This document shows, piece after piece, positions 10,796 to 21,775 of a stretch of 64,000 nt of DNA. The position numbers and the translations under genes were made by a program. This DNA comes from Chiloscyllium plagiosum (taxonomy: Eukaryota). Where the stretch lies: positions 9,153,306 to 9,217,305 of the forward strand of contig NC_057755.1 of the NCBI RefSeq assembly GCF_004010195.1, read 5' to 3'. The notes under the pieces are model-generated. The model was given only the letters and a program-made list of their open reading frames with translations. It was not told the origin of the DNA and did not search any database. Within the stretch, counting starts at the first letter, position 1. Every line of letters starts with the position of its first letter.

Positions 10796-12075
10796 CATAG
10801 AGTCTCAGAGATGTACAGCACGAAAACAGACCTTCAGTACAACTCGTTCATGCCGACCAGATAACCCAAACTAATCTGGTCCCATTTTCCAGCACTTGAG
10901 CAAGATCCCTCTAAACCCTTTCTATTCATATGACCATTCAGATTCCTCTTAAATGTTGCAAGTGTACTAGCCTCCACTACTTCCTCTAGCTGCTCATTGT
11001 GGGCGGCACGGTGGCACAGTGGTTAGCACTGCTGCCTCACAGCGCCAGAGACCCGGGTTCAATTCCCGCCTCAGGCGACTGACTGTGTGGAGTTTGCACG
11101 TTCTCCCCGTGTCTGCGTGGGATTCCTCCGGGTGCTCCGGTTTCCTCCCACCATCCAAAAAGATGTGCAGGGTCAGGTGAATTGGCCATACTAAATTGCT
11201 TGTAGTGTTAGGTAAGGGTAAATGTAGGGTGGGTTTCGCTTCGGCCAGTCGGTGTGGACTTGTTGGGCCGAAGGGCCTGTTTCCACACTGTAATCTAATC
11301 TAATCTAATCTAAAACACACAGACCACCCTCTGCATAAAAAAAAACATTGCCACTAAGGTCCCTTTTAGATCTTTCCCCTCTCACTCTAAACCTAGACCC
11401 CATACTTCTGAGCTCCCCCACTCCCCAAACCTCTTTCTATTCATCCAATCCATGCCCCTCATGAACTTATAAACCTTTATGAAGTCACTCCTCAGCCTTC
11501 GACTCTCAAGGGAAAGCAGCCCCAGCCTATCCAATCTCTCCCCAAAGGTCAAATTCTCCAACCCTGGCAACATCTTTGTCAATGTTTTCTGAAGCCTTTC
11601 AAGTTTCACAACATCCTTCCGATAGGAAGAAGATCATAATTGCACGCAATATTCTCAAAGTGGCCGAACTAATGTCCTGTTCAGCTGCAACATGACCTTC
11701 CAACTCCGATACTCGATGCTCTGACTAAGAAAGGAAAGTATACGAAGCACCTTCTTTACTATCTTATCTACCTGCGACTCTACTTTTAAAGAGCTATTGC
11801 GCTGTGCTTCAAAGTCTCTTTGTATAGCAACACTCCTAGGACCTTATCATTAAGTGAATAAGTCCTGCTAAGATTTGCTTTCCCAAACTGCAGCAGCTCA
11901 CATTTATCTAAATTAAACTTCAGTTGTCACTCCTCAGTCCATTGCCCTATCTGATCAAGATCCTGCTGTCATCTGAGGTAACTTTCTTCGCTGACAACTT
12001 CACCTCCAATTGTGGTGTAATCTTCAAACTTATTAATTATATCTCGCATGTTCTTACCCAAATTATTTATATCGT
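10796..12075 (-). mobile_element. 5'-truncated CR1 LINE interrupted by a SINE
   Basis: Minus ORF 11382-11609 KLERLQKTLTKMLPGLE...RRLRSDFIKVYKFMRG is the CR1 ORF2 C-terminus. 3' tail near 10796. Confidence 0.9.
11000..11315 (+). mobile_element. V-SINE (HE1-type), young, nested in CR1
   Basis: A box tggcacagtggttagc, B box ggttcaattccc, V-domain, (TAATC)n tail at 11291-11313. Confidence 0.95.
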
Positions 12076-13079
12076 TTATCTACTTCGTTGAATTTTGCCT
12101 TCTTCCTCTTCTGTCTTCTATGCAACTCACATTTTATGATTCTCAAGGCCTTTCTTGGAGTTCAGTGCTGTTTTCTGTCTTTGTGAGGTGCGCAATCCTT
12201 CTGAGGAATTTTGCTTTATTCGTTTGAATATGAATATAGAAATCCAACTGTAACTCTTGCAGCCTTACTCAATTGTACGCAACCATCTGCCATTGGAGAT
12301 CAATATAAGTAGAGTTTATTTTCTCTCAGATAGTTGTGAGAGCTGGGGAAATCTCCTCCTCAGACTGTCGTGGTGATTGTGCAGAACCAAAGAATTCAAG
12401 GCTGAGTTCGATGCACTTTTGATCGACAAGGGATTCCAAGGACGTTTCAGGCAATCGAGAGTGTCAGTTCTCACGTGTAATGGGGAAACAGGAAAGGTGC
12501 ATTGTGCTCTTATTGGATCAGTGGTGATCTCATCAAATGGCAGAGTGCACTGGAGACTCCAAACAATTACGCCGCAAATCATGATTCTAGTTTTCATGTG
12601 TTTGACTCTTCCCATGCAGCATTGATCAGTGTGATAGTCTACACAACAATTCTTTAAGTGATAAGTGAGGAAGAAAATGTTTGGGTAATCCTGTGAATCA
12701 AAACTGAACAAGGAAAACAGTGTTTCATAAAGAAAAGATACATTTTCTGTCGAGGGACTGGTCCACATGACTCATTACAGAAAGACAACGGGTGGTGGTC
12801 TAATCTCAGTGTCACAACATCTCATTAAAAGGTAGTGCAACCTTCAATCGAGAACGAAGCCTGAGCAAGAATTGAAGCTGGCAGGTTGGCATTACATAAC
12901 ATTGCTGATTTGCTATCCAGTCAAATGAGCTCGAAAATGACGTCCAAGTGACGGTATTTCTGCATTTCTACTCAGGTTTAGGATTTCGCATTAAGCTATT
13001 GGCACTCTCTGCTGGCCACGTTAATGCACTTCACAGCTGCTACGTCCAACACCAGTAATTGGTGTCATTGATAAATTAC

Positions 13080-13900
13080 ATAGCGTTAAGTAGTCATAAA
13101 TCATTGAAAAGGATGTTTCAGTCCAACTGATCCATGTCGACCGCGTTCCCAAACACCACTAGTCCCACTCTGTTTGACCCATATCCCTCCAAACTAGTCA
13201 TATTCAACTGTCATTATCCAAATGTCTTTTTAAAAGTCGTAACAGTGCCTGCATCCATCAGTTCTTCTGGCACTTCAATCCACAGACAAATGACACGCTA
13301 TGAAAAATGTCGCCTCTCACGTACTCTTAAAACTATCTCCTGATAATTTAAAAGTAAAAAGCCCATTTTTGAACTCATCCCCTTTCGGGAACAGACACTC
13401 GCATGTTTATGCACTTCTTCATTTTTCAACATCTCTTGGGTCAACACTCAACCTCTGGACTTAGACAGTTTATTTTATAACTCAAAACCTCCAATCCCAG
13501 TAATATTCTGGTAAATCTTTTCTCACACCTCTCCCATTTAAAAAAAGCATCCTTGCTATGACAGTGCGACCAGAAATTCATATCGTAATACAGAAGAGGA
13601 CAAACTATCATTCTGTACAACCTCATCCCAGACGTTCCTGTTCGTCTACACAAAGTCTGAGCAATGAATAGAGCATGCGAAACACCTCCTTGGCCAGCCT
13701 GTCGAAATGTGACGCAAATTTGAAAGAATTACAGATAGGAAACCCTAAATTCGTCTATCCTCCAACATTATAATGTGCATTATCATTAAATGTATACGTC
13801 CTGTCCTTCTTTCCTTTCCAAAATGCAATGCCTCACATTGTTCCAAATTAAAGCCCATTTGCCACTCCACCGTCCAATTGATCAAGATGTCTTTGTAATT
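13080..13900 (-). mobile_element. Old CR1 fragment inside the duplicated promoter-upstream block
   Basis: Minus ORF 13441-13653 FWSHCHSKDAFFKWERCEKRFTRILLGLE. Paralogous copies at ~24840-25610 and ~44460-45260. Confidence 0.75.
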
Positions 13901-14000
13901 TGATTCAACAATAATTTGCATTACGTGCCTTCATATGATTCATCCAAAAAATACTTGCGAGAGATTTTAATCACAACAAAACATTTCTAATTTTTTGAGT

Positions 14001-14020
14001 GATGACGTGCTGTTAAATAG
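14001..14020 (+). promoter_or_regulatory. Orphan GPCR promoter module (GATGACGTG + TATA-like TTAAATAG)
   Basis: Same motif, same 3-nt spacing and same flanks (gatgcctc...tgcctgagtc) as 27589-27650 upstream of the intact gene. Confidence 0.55.
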
Positions 14021-14061
14021 AAGATGCCTCCTATTGCACTGCCAAGCAATTGCCTGAGTCT

Positions 14062-15755
14062 GTCATAGAGTCATACAGTCATAGAGATGTACACCATGGA
14101 AACAGACCCTTCGGTCCAACTCGCTCATGCCAACCAGATATCCCAACCCAATCTAGTCCCACCTGCCAGCACCCGGTCCATATCCCTCGAAACCTTTCCT
14201 ATTTATATACCCATCCAAATGACTCTCAAATGTTGCAATTGTATCAGCCTCCACCACATCCTCTGGCAGCTCATTCCATGCATGTACCACCTTCTGTGTG
14301 AAAAAGTTGCCCTGTAGGTCTCTTTTACATCTTACACCCTCACCCTACACCTATGCCCTCGAGGTCAGAACTCCCCGACCCCAGGGAAAATACTTTGCCT
14401 ATTTACCCTATCCTTGCCCCTCATAATTTTGTAAACCTCTATAAGGTCACCCCTCAGCCTCCGACGATTCAGGGAAGAAACAAAAACAGCCTGTTCAGCC
14501 TCTCCTCATCGCTCAAGTCCTCTAACACTGGCAACATCCTTGTAAATCTTTTCTGAACTCTTTCAAGTTTTGCAACATCTTTTTGATAGGAAGGATACCA
14601 GAATTGCACGCAATATTCCAACAGTGGCCTAACCAATGTCCTGTACAGGTGCAACATGACCTCCCAACACCTGTACTCAATATTCTGACCAATAAAGGAA
14701 AGCATACCAAAAGCCAATGTCACTATCCTATCTACCTGTGACTCCACTTTAAAGGAGCTATCAACCTACACTCCAAGATTTCTTTGTTCAGCAACACTCC
14801 CTCTGACCTTACCATTAAGTGTACAAGTCCTGCTAAGATTTGTTTTCCCAAAAAACAGCACCTCACATTTAACACCATCAGCCACTTCTCATGCATTGGC
14901 CCAGCTGGTCAATACCGTGTTGTAATCTGAGGTAACCCACTTCGTTGTCAACTACACGTCCATTTTTGGTGTCATCTGCAAACTTACTAACTGGACCACT
15001 TATGCTCGCATCCAAATCATTTATGTAAATGACAAAAAAGTAGATGACCCAACACCGATCCTTATGATGCTCCACTGGTCACAAGCCTCCAGTCTGTAAA
15101 TCAACCCCCCACCACCAGTCTCTCTCTTCTACCTTAGAGGCAGTTCTGTATCCAAACGGCTAGTTCTCCCTGTATTCCATTAGATCTAACCTTGCTAATC
15201 AGTCTCCTTAGGGAACCTTGTCGAACGCCTTACTGAAGTCCATAAGATCATATTTACTGCCCTGCCCTCATCAATCGTCTTTGTTATTTCCTCAAAAAAT
15301 TCAATCAAGTTTGTGAGACATGATTTCCCACGCACAAAGCCATGTTGACTATCCTTAATCAATCCTAGCCTTTCCAAATACATGTACATCCTGTCCGTAA
15401 GTGGGCAACACGATGGCACAGTGGTTAGCATTGTTGCCTCACTCTGGTACAATTCCCGTCTCAGGCGACTGACTGTGTGGAGTTTGCACATTCTCCCCAT
15501 GTCAGCATGGGTTTACTGCGGGTGCACCGGTTTCCTCGCTCAGTCTAAAAATGTGCAGGTTTTGTGGATTGGCCATGCTAAATTGCCCGTAGTGTTAGGT
15601 GAAGGGGTGAAATGTAAGGGAATAGGTATGGGTAGATTGCGCTTTCGCGGGTCGGTGTGGACTTGTTGGGCAAAGGGCCTGTTCCACACTGTAAGTAATC
15701 TAATAAATTCCCTCCAACAAATTGTCCACCACCGACATCAGGCTCATTTGTCTAT
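14062..15755 (-). mobile_element. 5'-truncated CR1 LINE (RT domain to 3' end) with a nested SINE
   Basis: Minus ORFs include YINDLD...VSKFADDTK, SQHGFVRGKSCLTNLIEFFEE and LYRTLVRPLLEYCVQFW. Confidence 0.95.
15402..15706 (+). mobile_element. V-SINE (HE1-type), internally deleted
   Basis: tggcacagtggttagc head, V-domain, tail gggcctgttccacactgtaagtaatctaat. Confidence 0.9.
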
Positions 15756-16790
15756 AGAACATAGAACATTACAGCGCAGTACAGACCCTCGATGTTGCGC
15801 CTACCTGTCATACCAATCTGAAGCCCATCTAACCTGCACTATTCCACGTACGGCCATATGGTTGTCCAATGACGTTCTAACTGTACTTAAAGTTGGCGAA
15901 TCTACTACCGTTGCAGGCAAAGCATTCCATACCCTTACTACTCTCTGAGTAAAGAAACTATCTCTGACATCTGTCCTATATCTGACATCTGACATCTCTC
16001 CGTGGGCGGCACGGTGGCAAAGTGGTTAGCATTGCTGCCTCACAGCGCCGGAGACCCGGGTACAATTCCCGCCTCAGGCGACTGACTGTGTGGAGTTTGC
16101 ACATTCTCCCCGTGTCTGCGTGGGTTTCCTCCGAGTGCTCCGGTTTCCTCCCACAGACCAAAGATGTGCAGGTCAGGTGAATTGGCCATGCTAAATTGCC
16201 CGTAGTGCTAGGTAAGGGGTATGTGTGGGTTGCGCTTCAGGGGGTCGGTGTGGACTTGTTGGACCGAAGGGCCTGTTTTCACACTGTAATGTAATCTAAT
16301 CTATATCTGTTCTCCCTCAATTTAAAGCTTTGTCCCCTAGTGCTCACCATAACCATACTTGGAAAAAGGCTCTCCCTGTCCATCCTATCTAACCCTCTGA
16401 TTATCTTATATGTCTCTTTTAAGTCACCTCTCAACCTTCTTCTCTCTAATGAAAACAGCTTCAAGTCCCTTAGCCTTTCAACGTAAGACCTTCCCTCCAT
16501 ACCAAGCAACATCCCAGTAAATCTCCTCTGAAACTGTTCCAAAGCTTCCACATCTTTTTTATAATGTGGTGACCAGAACTGTACACAATACTCCAAGTGC
16601 GGCCACACCAGAGTTTTGTACGGCTGTAGCAAAACCTCATGGTTCCGGAACTCGATTGCTCTATTAATAAAAGCTAAAACACTGTATGCTTTCGTAACAA
16701 CCCTGTCAACCTGAGTGACAACTTTCAACGATCTATGTAACTGGACACTACCAAGAATCTTACCATTAGCCCAGTACTTTGCATTATTGG
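15755..16790 (-). mobile_element. CR1 LINE of a second subfamily, with a nested SINE
   Basis: tagaacatagaaca tail at 15755. Minus ORF 16279-16728 YKTLVWPHLEYCVQFWSPHYKKDVEALE. Confidence 0.95.
16003..16303 (+). mobile_element. V-SINE (HE1-type)
   Basis: gggcggcacggtggcaaagtggttagc head, V-domain, taatgtaatctaatct tail. Confidence 0.95.
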
Positions 16791-16989
16791 TAGAATATTA
16801 ATTGAGCTAATGATCTAGGGAGCAATTTCGATTTCAGCAAATTAATATTGCAGAATTTGCATTCAGTGAGTGTGTGCAATCACAAGTGTAAGCCAGAAGA
16901 CAACCATCAATTGTCAGGAGAAAAATAAACACACGTTGTTTTGAAAAATCCTTTAGGAAATGAAACTACTCCCATTGGCTGAATTGGAT

Positions 16990-17387
16990 AGTGGAAAATG
17001 TGTGTAAGTGTTGCATCTGCAGAAGTTACGTACTCAGAAGTCATAAAGTCTCAGTGTGCAGAAGTGATAAGACTCAATGTTGCGTCAACAGAAGTAATAA
17101 AACTCAGCTCTCGGCGGGGGGGAGGGGGTTGCACGCTAACAACAGGCCATAAGCAGATGTAGTAAACCGATTAGATTAGCAGCTGCACAGAGCAATGCAA
17201 ATGCCATGTATGATGTAAAAGGGGGAGTACAGAGAGACTCATAGAAACTGTATAAATGTGCACTAATATTATTCAGGGGTGTGCCTACTTTTGTTTGTCA
17301 CCCGGTCTTGCAGGAACCTAAGAATAAAGACTGCTTCGGAAGTTGACTCGGACTAAAATTACTTGGCAGTGAGCTTCGTTTCTAACA
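16990..17387 (+). mobile_element. Solo LTR (~398 bp)
   Basis: 4-bp TSD GGAT (16986-16989, 17388-17391). Ends in ...TTTCTAACA. TATAAA at 17251, AATAAA at 17323. Repeated CAGAAGT..CTCA motifs in the 5' part. The 5' end reads AG rather than TG. Confidence 0.75.
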
Positions 17388-19175
17388 GGATTTAACTGTA
17401 CACTGAGCAATGTGGCATGGGTAATAATTGTGGACCTTGTCAGTAACGCATACACCCTGTGAATGAATAAAGGAATGAAATCTGAACGCTTCAATGAAGA
17501 ATAATGAATATTGTTCAGTTATGTCCTATGTTTCATGAAAGATGTTACATGGCATTCTTATATCAAACACAAGAATATATTTATGTTAATGTTTGGTCAC
17601 CATCCAAGTCATCGAGACATTCAGTTGGAAGATTCTACACCAATACACTAAAGCTCTATGATGGTCGCATGGGGAATGAATGCAATTTACCACATCCCTC
17701 TGCAACATTGGAAGTTCTTGGGATCTCCAAGCAGGTAAAACCATGACACGTACACATGAAGCAGTCCATATGTGTTATGCAAAAATATGATATCTCATTG
17801 TCAGCACTGCTGAGGGTGAAATGCCATTAAAAGATGAATATGCCTATGACAGCAGATTAATACTTCGTAGATAAAGACCTGTGCTGCAAATCAAACCAGC
17901 ATTCTGGTAATGCATAGCTTTGAAATTATTGTAAATACAGTGGTATAGACATATGTCAAAAGTCATGGATTACAAAAAAAACATTTCATAGTAATCAGCT
18001 CTAACTTGTCAATGGAACTTTCAGGAAAACAGCACTGAGTGACAGCGAGTGTGAGGGATATATTTCCAGAGCGATAAGCCCAGTTAATTAAATTCCTGAC
18101 CGTTACTGAGTAATCAGGTGATAGCGGGAAATATTGAAGTGAAGACACAATCCTCAAACTTCCGAAGACAGGAATGCACAGGAACCTGAATCGTGCATTC
18201 ATTGGCACAAAAAATGTTTTGTGTATGTTTTGTGTGTGGAATCAACTGCAAACAAGATAGTGTTTAAAAGACTTTTGAATAAGTTTATGAAGAATAAACG
18301 TTTGGAGGTATATGAAACAAGCACAGGCAGGCGGGGCACTAACTTAGTTCGGTAACATGCTCTGGACAAATTGTTGGGCCAAATGGTTTTTATCCATTCT
18401 GTATGACGCCATACCTGTGTATCTGCTTGTGTATCTGCCTTCAGAGAGTGTGCATCTGCCAAATTCAGAGAAAGAAAAGTGATCATGTTCCCCATTTCCG
18501 CGAACAAGCCATGTTCACATTTCATAAATAAGTGAATGAACAGTGTGAAAACTCCTGAGTTAATTGGAAATCAAAAAGATAACACTCGTAAGATCCTGAC
18601 ACTCAAAGCACTCTGCATTACTTGGCAATGCATGTTGGTGTTGTTCTAGCTACAGAAGGAACTTGTAAAGATAACAAAAGTTATTGGTGTTCTGTAATTG
18701 TGTAACTGAACGACTCTCTGTGTCCAATCGCAAAAATTATATGAACAACTAATTTAAGATTATTAGTCGATCTTACAATGTGACTGATTCTTCTTTGGAA
18801 AAGTAGTGAAAACGTGGACATCTGCTCGTGAAGAAAATTGAAAATGTCCATCCATCGATTATTGTGTTGACACCACGAGTGTGTGGTGTCTTAATTTCCA
18901 TTTGCATTCTCCAAAGCAGTGCCTGAATCATGCAGAGACTACAGTCGATCGGGAATATCTTCTAAAGTTAAAAATGGAGGCAATGGCTTAATGTTCTTTT
19001 GGTTAATTTATGAAGCCAAACAATCAAGCAATGCCTTTGTGGAAATGGTTTCAAATGCCACATGATTTCATCCGTATCTCGTTTGGGAGATGAAGAGTAC
19101 GAAAGGAAGCATAGAGAATGAAACAATTGGAAGGGATATGTGAGGAAATTATCATTAAACTGTTTCTCCTCCCTC

Positions 19176-19805
19176 AGACCTTGGAGTGCAGGTTGATATC
19201 TCCTTGAAAGTGGAGTCGCAGATAGACAGGATAGTGAAGAAGGCGTTTGGTATGCTTTCCTTTAGTGGTCAGAGTATTGAGTACAGGTGTTGGGAGGTCA
19301 TGTTGTGGCTGTACAGGACATTGGTTAGGCCACTGTTGGAATATTGCGTGCAATTCTGGTCTCCTTCCTATCGGAAAGATGTTGTGAAACTTGAAAGGGT
19401 TTTTTCCCTGGATCGTCGGAGATTGAGGGGTGACCTCATAGAGGTTTACAAGATTATGAGGGGAATGGATAGAGTAAATAGGCAAAGTCTTCTCCCTGGG
19501 GTCGAGGAGTACTGACCTAAATGGCAGAGGTTTAGGGTAAGATGGGAAAGATATAAAAGAGATCCACAGGGTAAATCTTTTACACAGAGTGTGGCACGTG
19601 TATGGAATGAGCTGCCAGAAGAAGTGGTGGAGGCTGGTACAATTATAATATTTAAGAGACATTTGGATGGATATATGTATAGGAAGCGTTTGGAGTGATA
19701 TGGGCCAGGTGCTGGCAGGTGGGACTAGATTAGGTTGGGATATGTGGTCGGCATGGATGGGTTGGACAAAACGCTATATTTACATGCTGTACATCCCTTA
19801 ACTCA
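19176..19805 (+). mobile_element. 5'-truncated, internally deleted CR1
   Basis: ORF 19186-19515 LYRTLVRPLLEYCVQFWSPSYRKDVVKLERV/FSLDRRRLRGDLIEVYK. Confidence 0.9.
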
Positions 19806-21024
19806 TGAACGATCATTTTGGGGAATCTATAGGCAAATATGCACCACATCATTTGAATCTCTACTCTCTTCTGCAAAATTGGTAAATCCTCTGTTTTGTC
19901 ATCAAAGCTATCCACCTCCACAACCCGAGTCGGCGAAAATAGTATAATTTAGTATGAAATCGAAAGTCATGCCACAGTCTGGAACATGCATATATGCTGT
20001 ACCTGTGCACCTCCCTCCATTTCACCTGACCCAGGAGAATGGGCGGAAGCTTGTGATGTCATATACAGCTGTTACAATTTCAACTGGTGAGTGTGACGTT
20101 TGTCTTTTCTACCCATGTCCATAACTGCTATTTCTATATCATTTAGGGCTCTTACCATTTAAAGATGTCATTCGAAATTATTTCACTTTCACATTGGGAA
20201 CCTTGAAGAACTACACATCGGGCTGATCTCGTTGACTGTTCTATTTGCTAAATACATATCTATAAATGTATAGAGCGCTGTTTCTCCAATTTTCCCCTCT
20301 AAACAAATTTAAACTCATTCATTGCTCTGCAGAAAAATGCATGAATCACAAGAAATTCCAGTCCAAATCATCTTCCCCTTCCATAATCACCTTCTACTCC
20401 TTATTTACCCCTGTGAGTTCCTTTGCTATTCTTCACATTTCACATGGAATCCAAAAATTGCTAGATCAGCAGAGTAGTTTGATTGATTTGTTCTTCCGCA
20501 GTTTATAGTATTTATCTGGAAAGAGACAATCATGAACATCCCTTGACCTGAAGGCTCCTACAGCTTTAACGTCTGATGATAGTGACATAATATTTAATCG
20601 GTCTAAATGAGAACCTGGAGGCTTGGGGAGGTTCTGGTCTAATGATAATTTACTCAGTTGCTAATCCTGCATCCAAGATTAATATATCTGGGGACACGTG
20701 TTTACAAATTATTGTGGCTAATTTTGAATGTTTATTTCGATGAAAATCAGGAATAAAAACCTGGCTGGATTTATTTTCACATGGGCATCGCTGACTGGGC
20801 CTGCAAGTTATTGTCTACCCCTAGTTTCTCTTGAGGAGCGACAGTGATCTGCTTTCTTCCAACACTGCAGTCCATTTACTTACCAACAGTGCACTGAGGA
20901 GAGGAATGCCAGATTAAAGCCCAGGTAAATGTAATCATTATCCATTGTCAAAAAAATCATTATCACTAACGTATTTTCAGGAATGAAAATTTCCATCCTT
21001 TCCCCGGTCTTGCTTCTGTACGAA

Positions 21025-21775
21025 TCACGGAGTCATAGAGTCGTACAGCATGCAGACAGGCCGTTTGTCCCAGACTGTTCCATGCTGACCAAAACGTTGG
21101 TCCACGCTAACCCCATTTTCCTGCAATTCGCTGATATCATTCTAATCCTTTCCTATCCATGTTTTTCCCCAAATTCAATTTAAAAGTTCTTAATACATCT
21201 GCCTCAGCCACTTCCATTGGCAGCTTATTCTATTTGTAGACCACACTGTGTGTGAAAATGAAAGCCCCTCAGGTCTTCTTTTATTCTTTGTGCTCAAACA
21301 TTAAGCTGACGCCGTCCCCTCCATTATCCCTCTACTTCGGGAAATGATTGAGTGCATTCATCCTATCCTTCCCTCTCATGATCATGTCCTCCTCGATAAC
21401 GTCCCCCCTCAGTCACATACGCTCGCAAGAAAAATGTTCTAGCCTGTACATACTCTCCCTACAACTCAGATCCTTGAGTCCCGGCAACATTCTTGTAAAT
21501 TTCTTCTGCACTCATTCCAGATCAGTAGCATCATTTCTGTAACATGGTGAATAAAGCTGAGCACGATACTCTAAGTGCTGCCTCACCAATGTCCTGCATA
21601 ACTGCAATAAAATTCCCAAAATTCTAGACTCAATACCTAAACAGCTGAAGGCCAGTGTGTCAAAAGCGTGTTTCATTGCTCTGCCTACATGTTTCTCCAA
21701 TTTCAGAGAACTGTGATTCTGATCTCCAAGATTCCTTTGTTCCACTACAATCCTTAAGGCCCTACCATTCGCCAT
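21025..21775 (-). mobile_element. CR1 3' fragment
   Basis: Minus ORF 21512-21775 VEQRNLG...LCRTLVRQHLEYRAQLYSP. Tail gagtcatagagtcgtacagca. Confidence 0.8.

Noticed and set aside
15382..15948. 188-aa ORF
   Set aside because: Chance frame across a SINE and antisense CR1 sequence.
17020..17106. Short repeats with variable spacers resembling a CRISPR array
   Set aside because: Vertebrate context, repeats too short and degenerate, irregular spacing, no cas genes; they sit inside an LTR.
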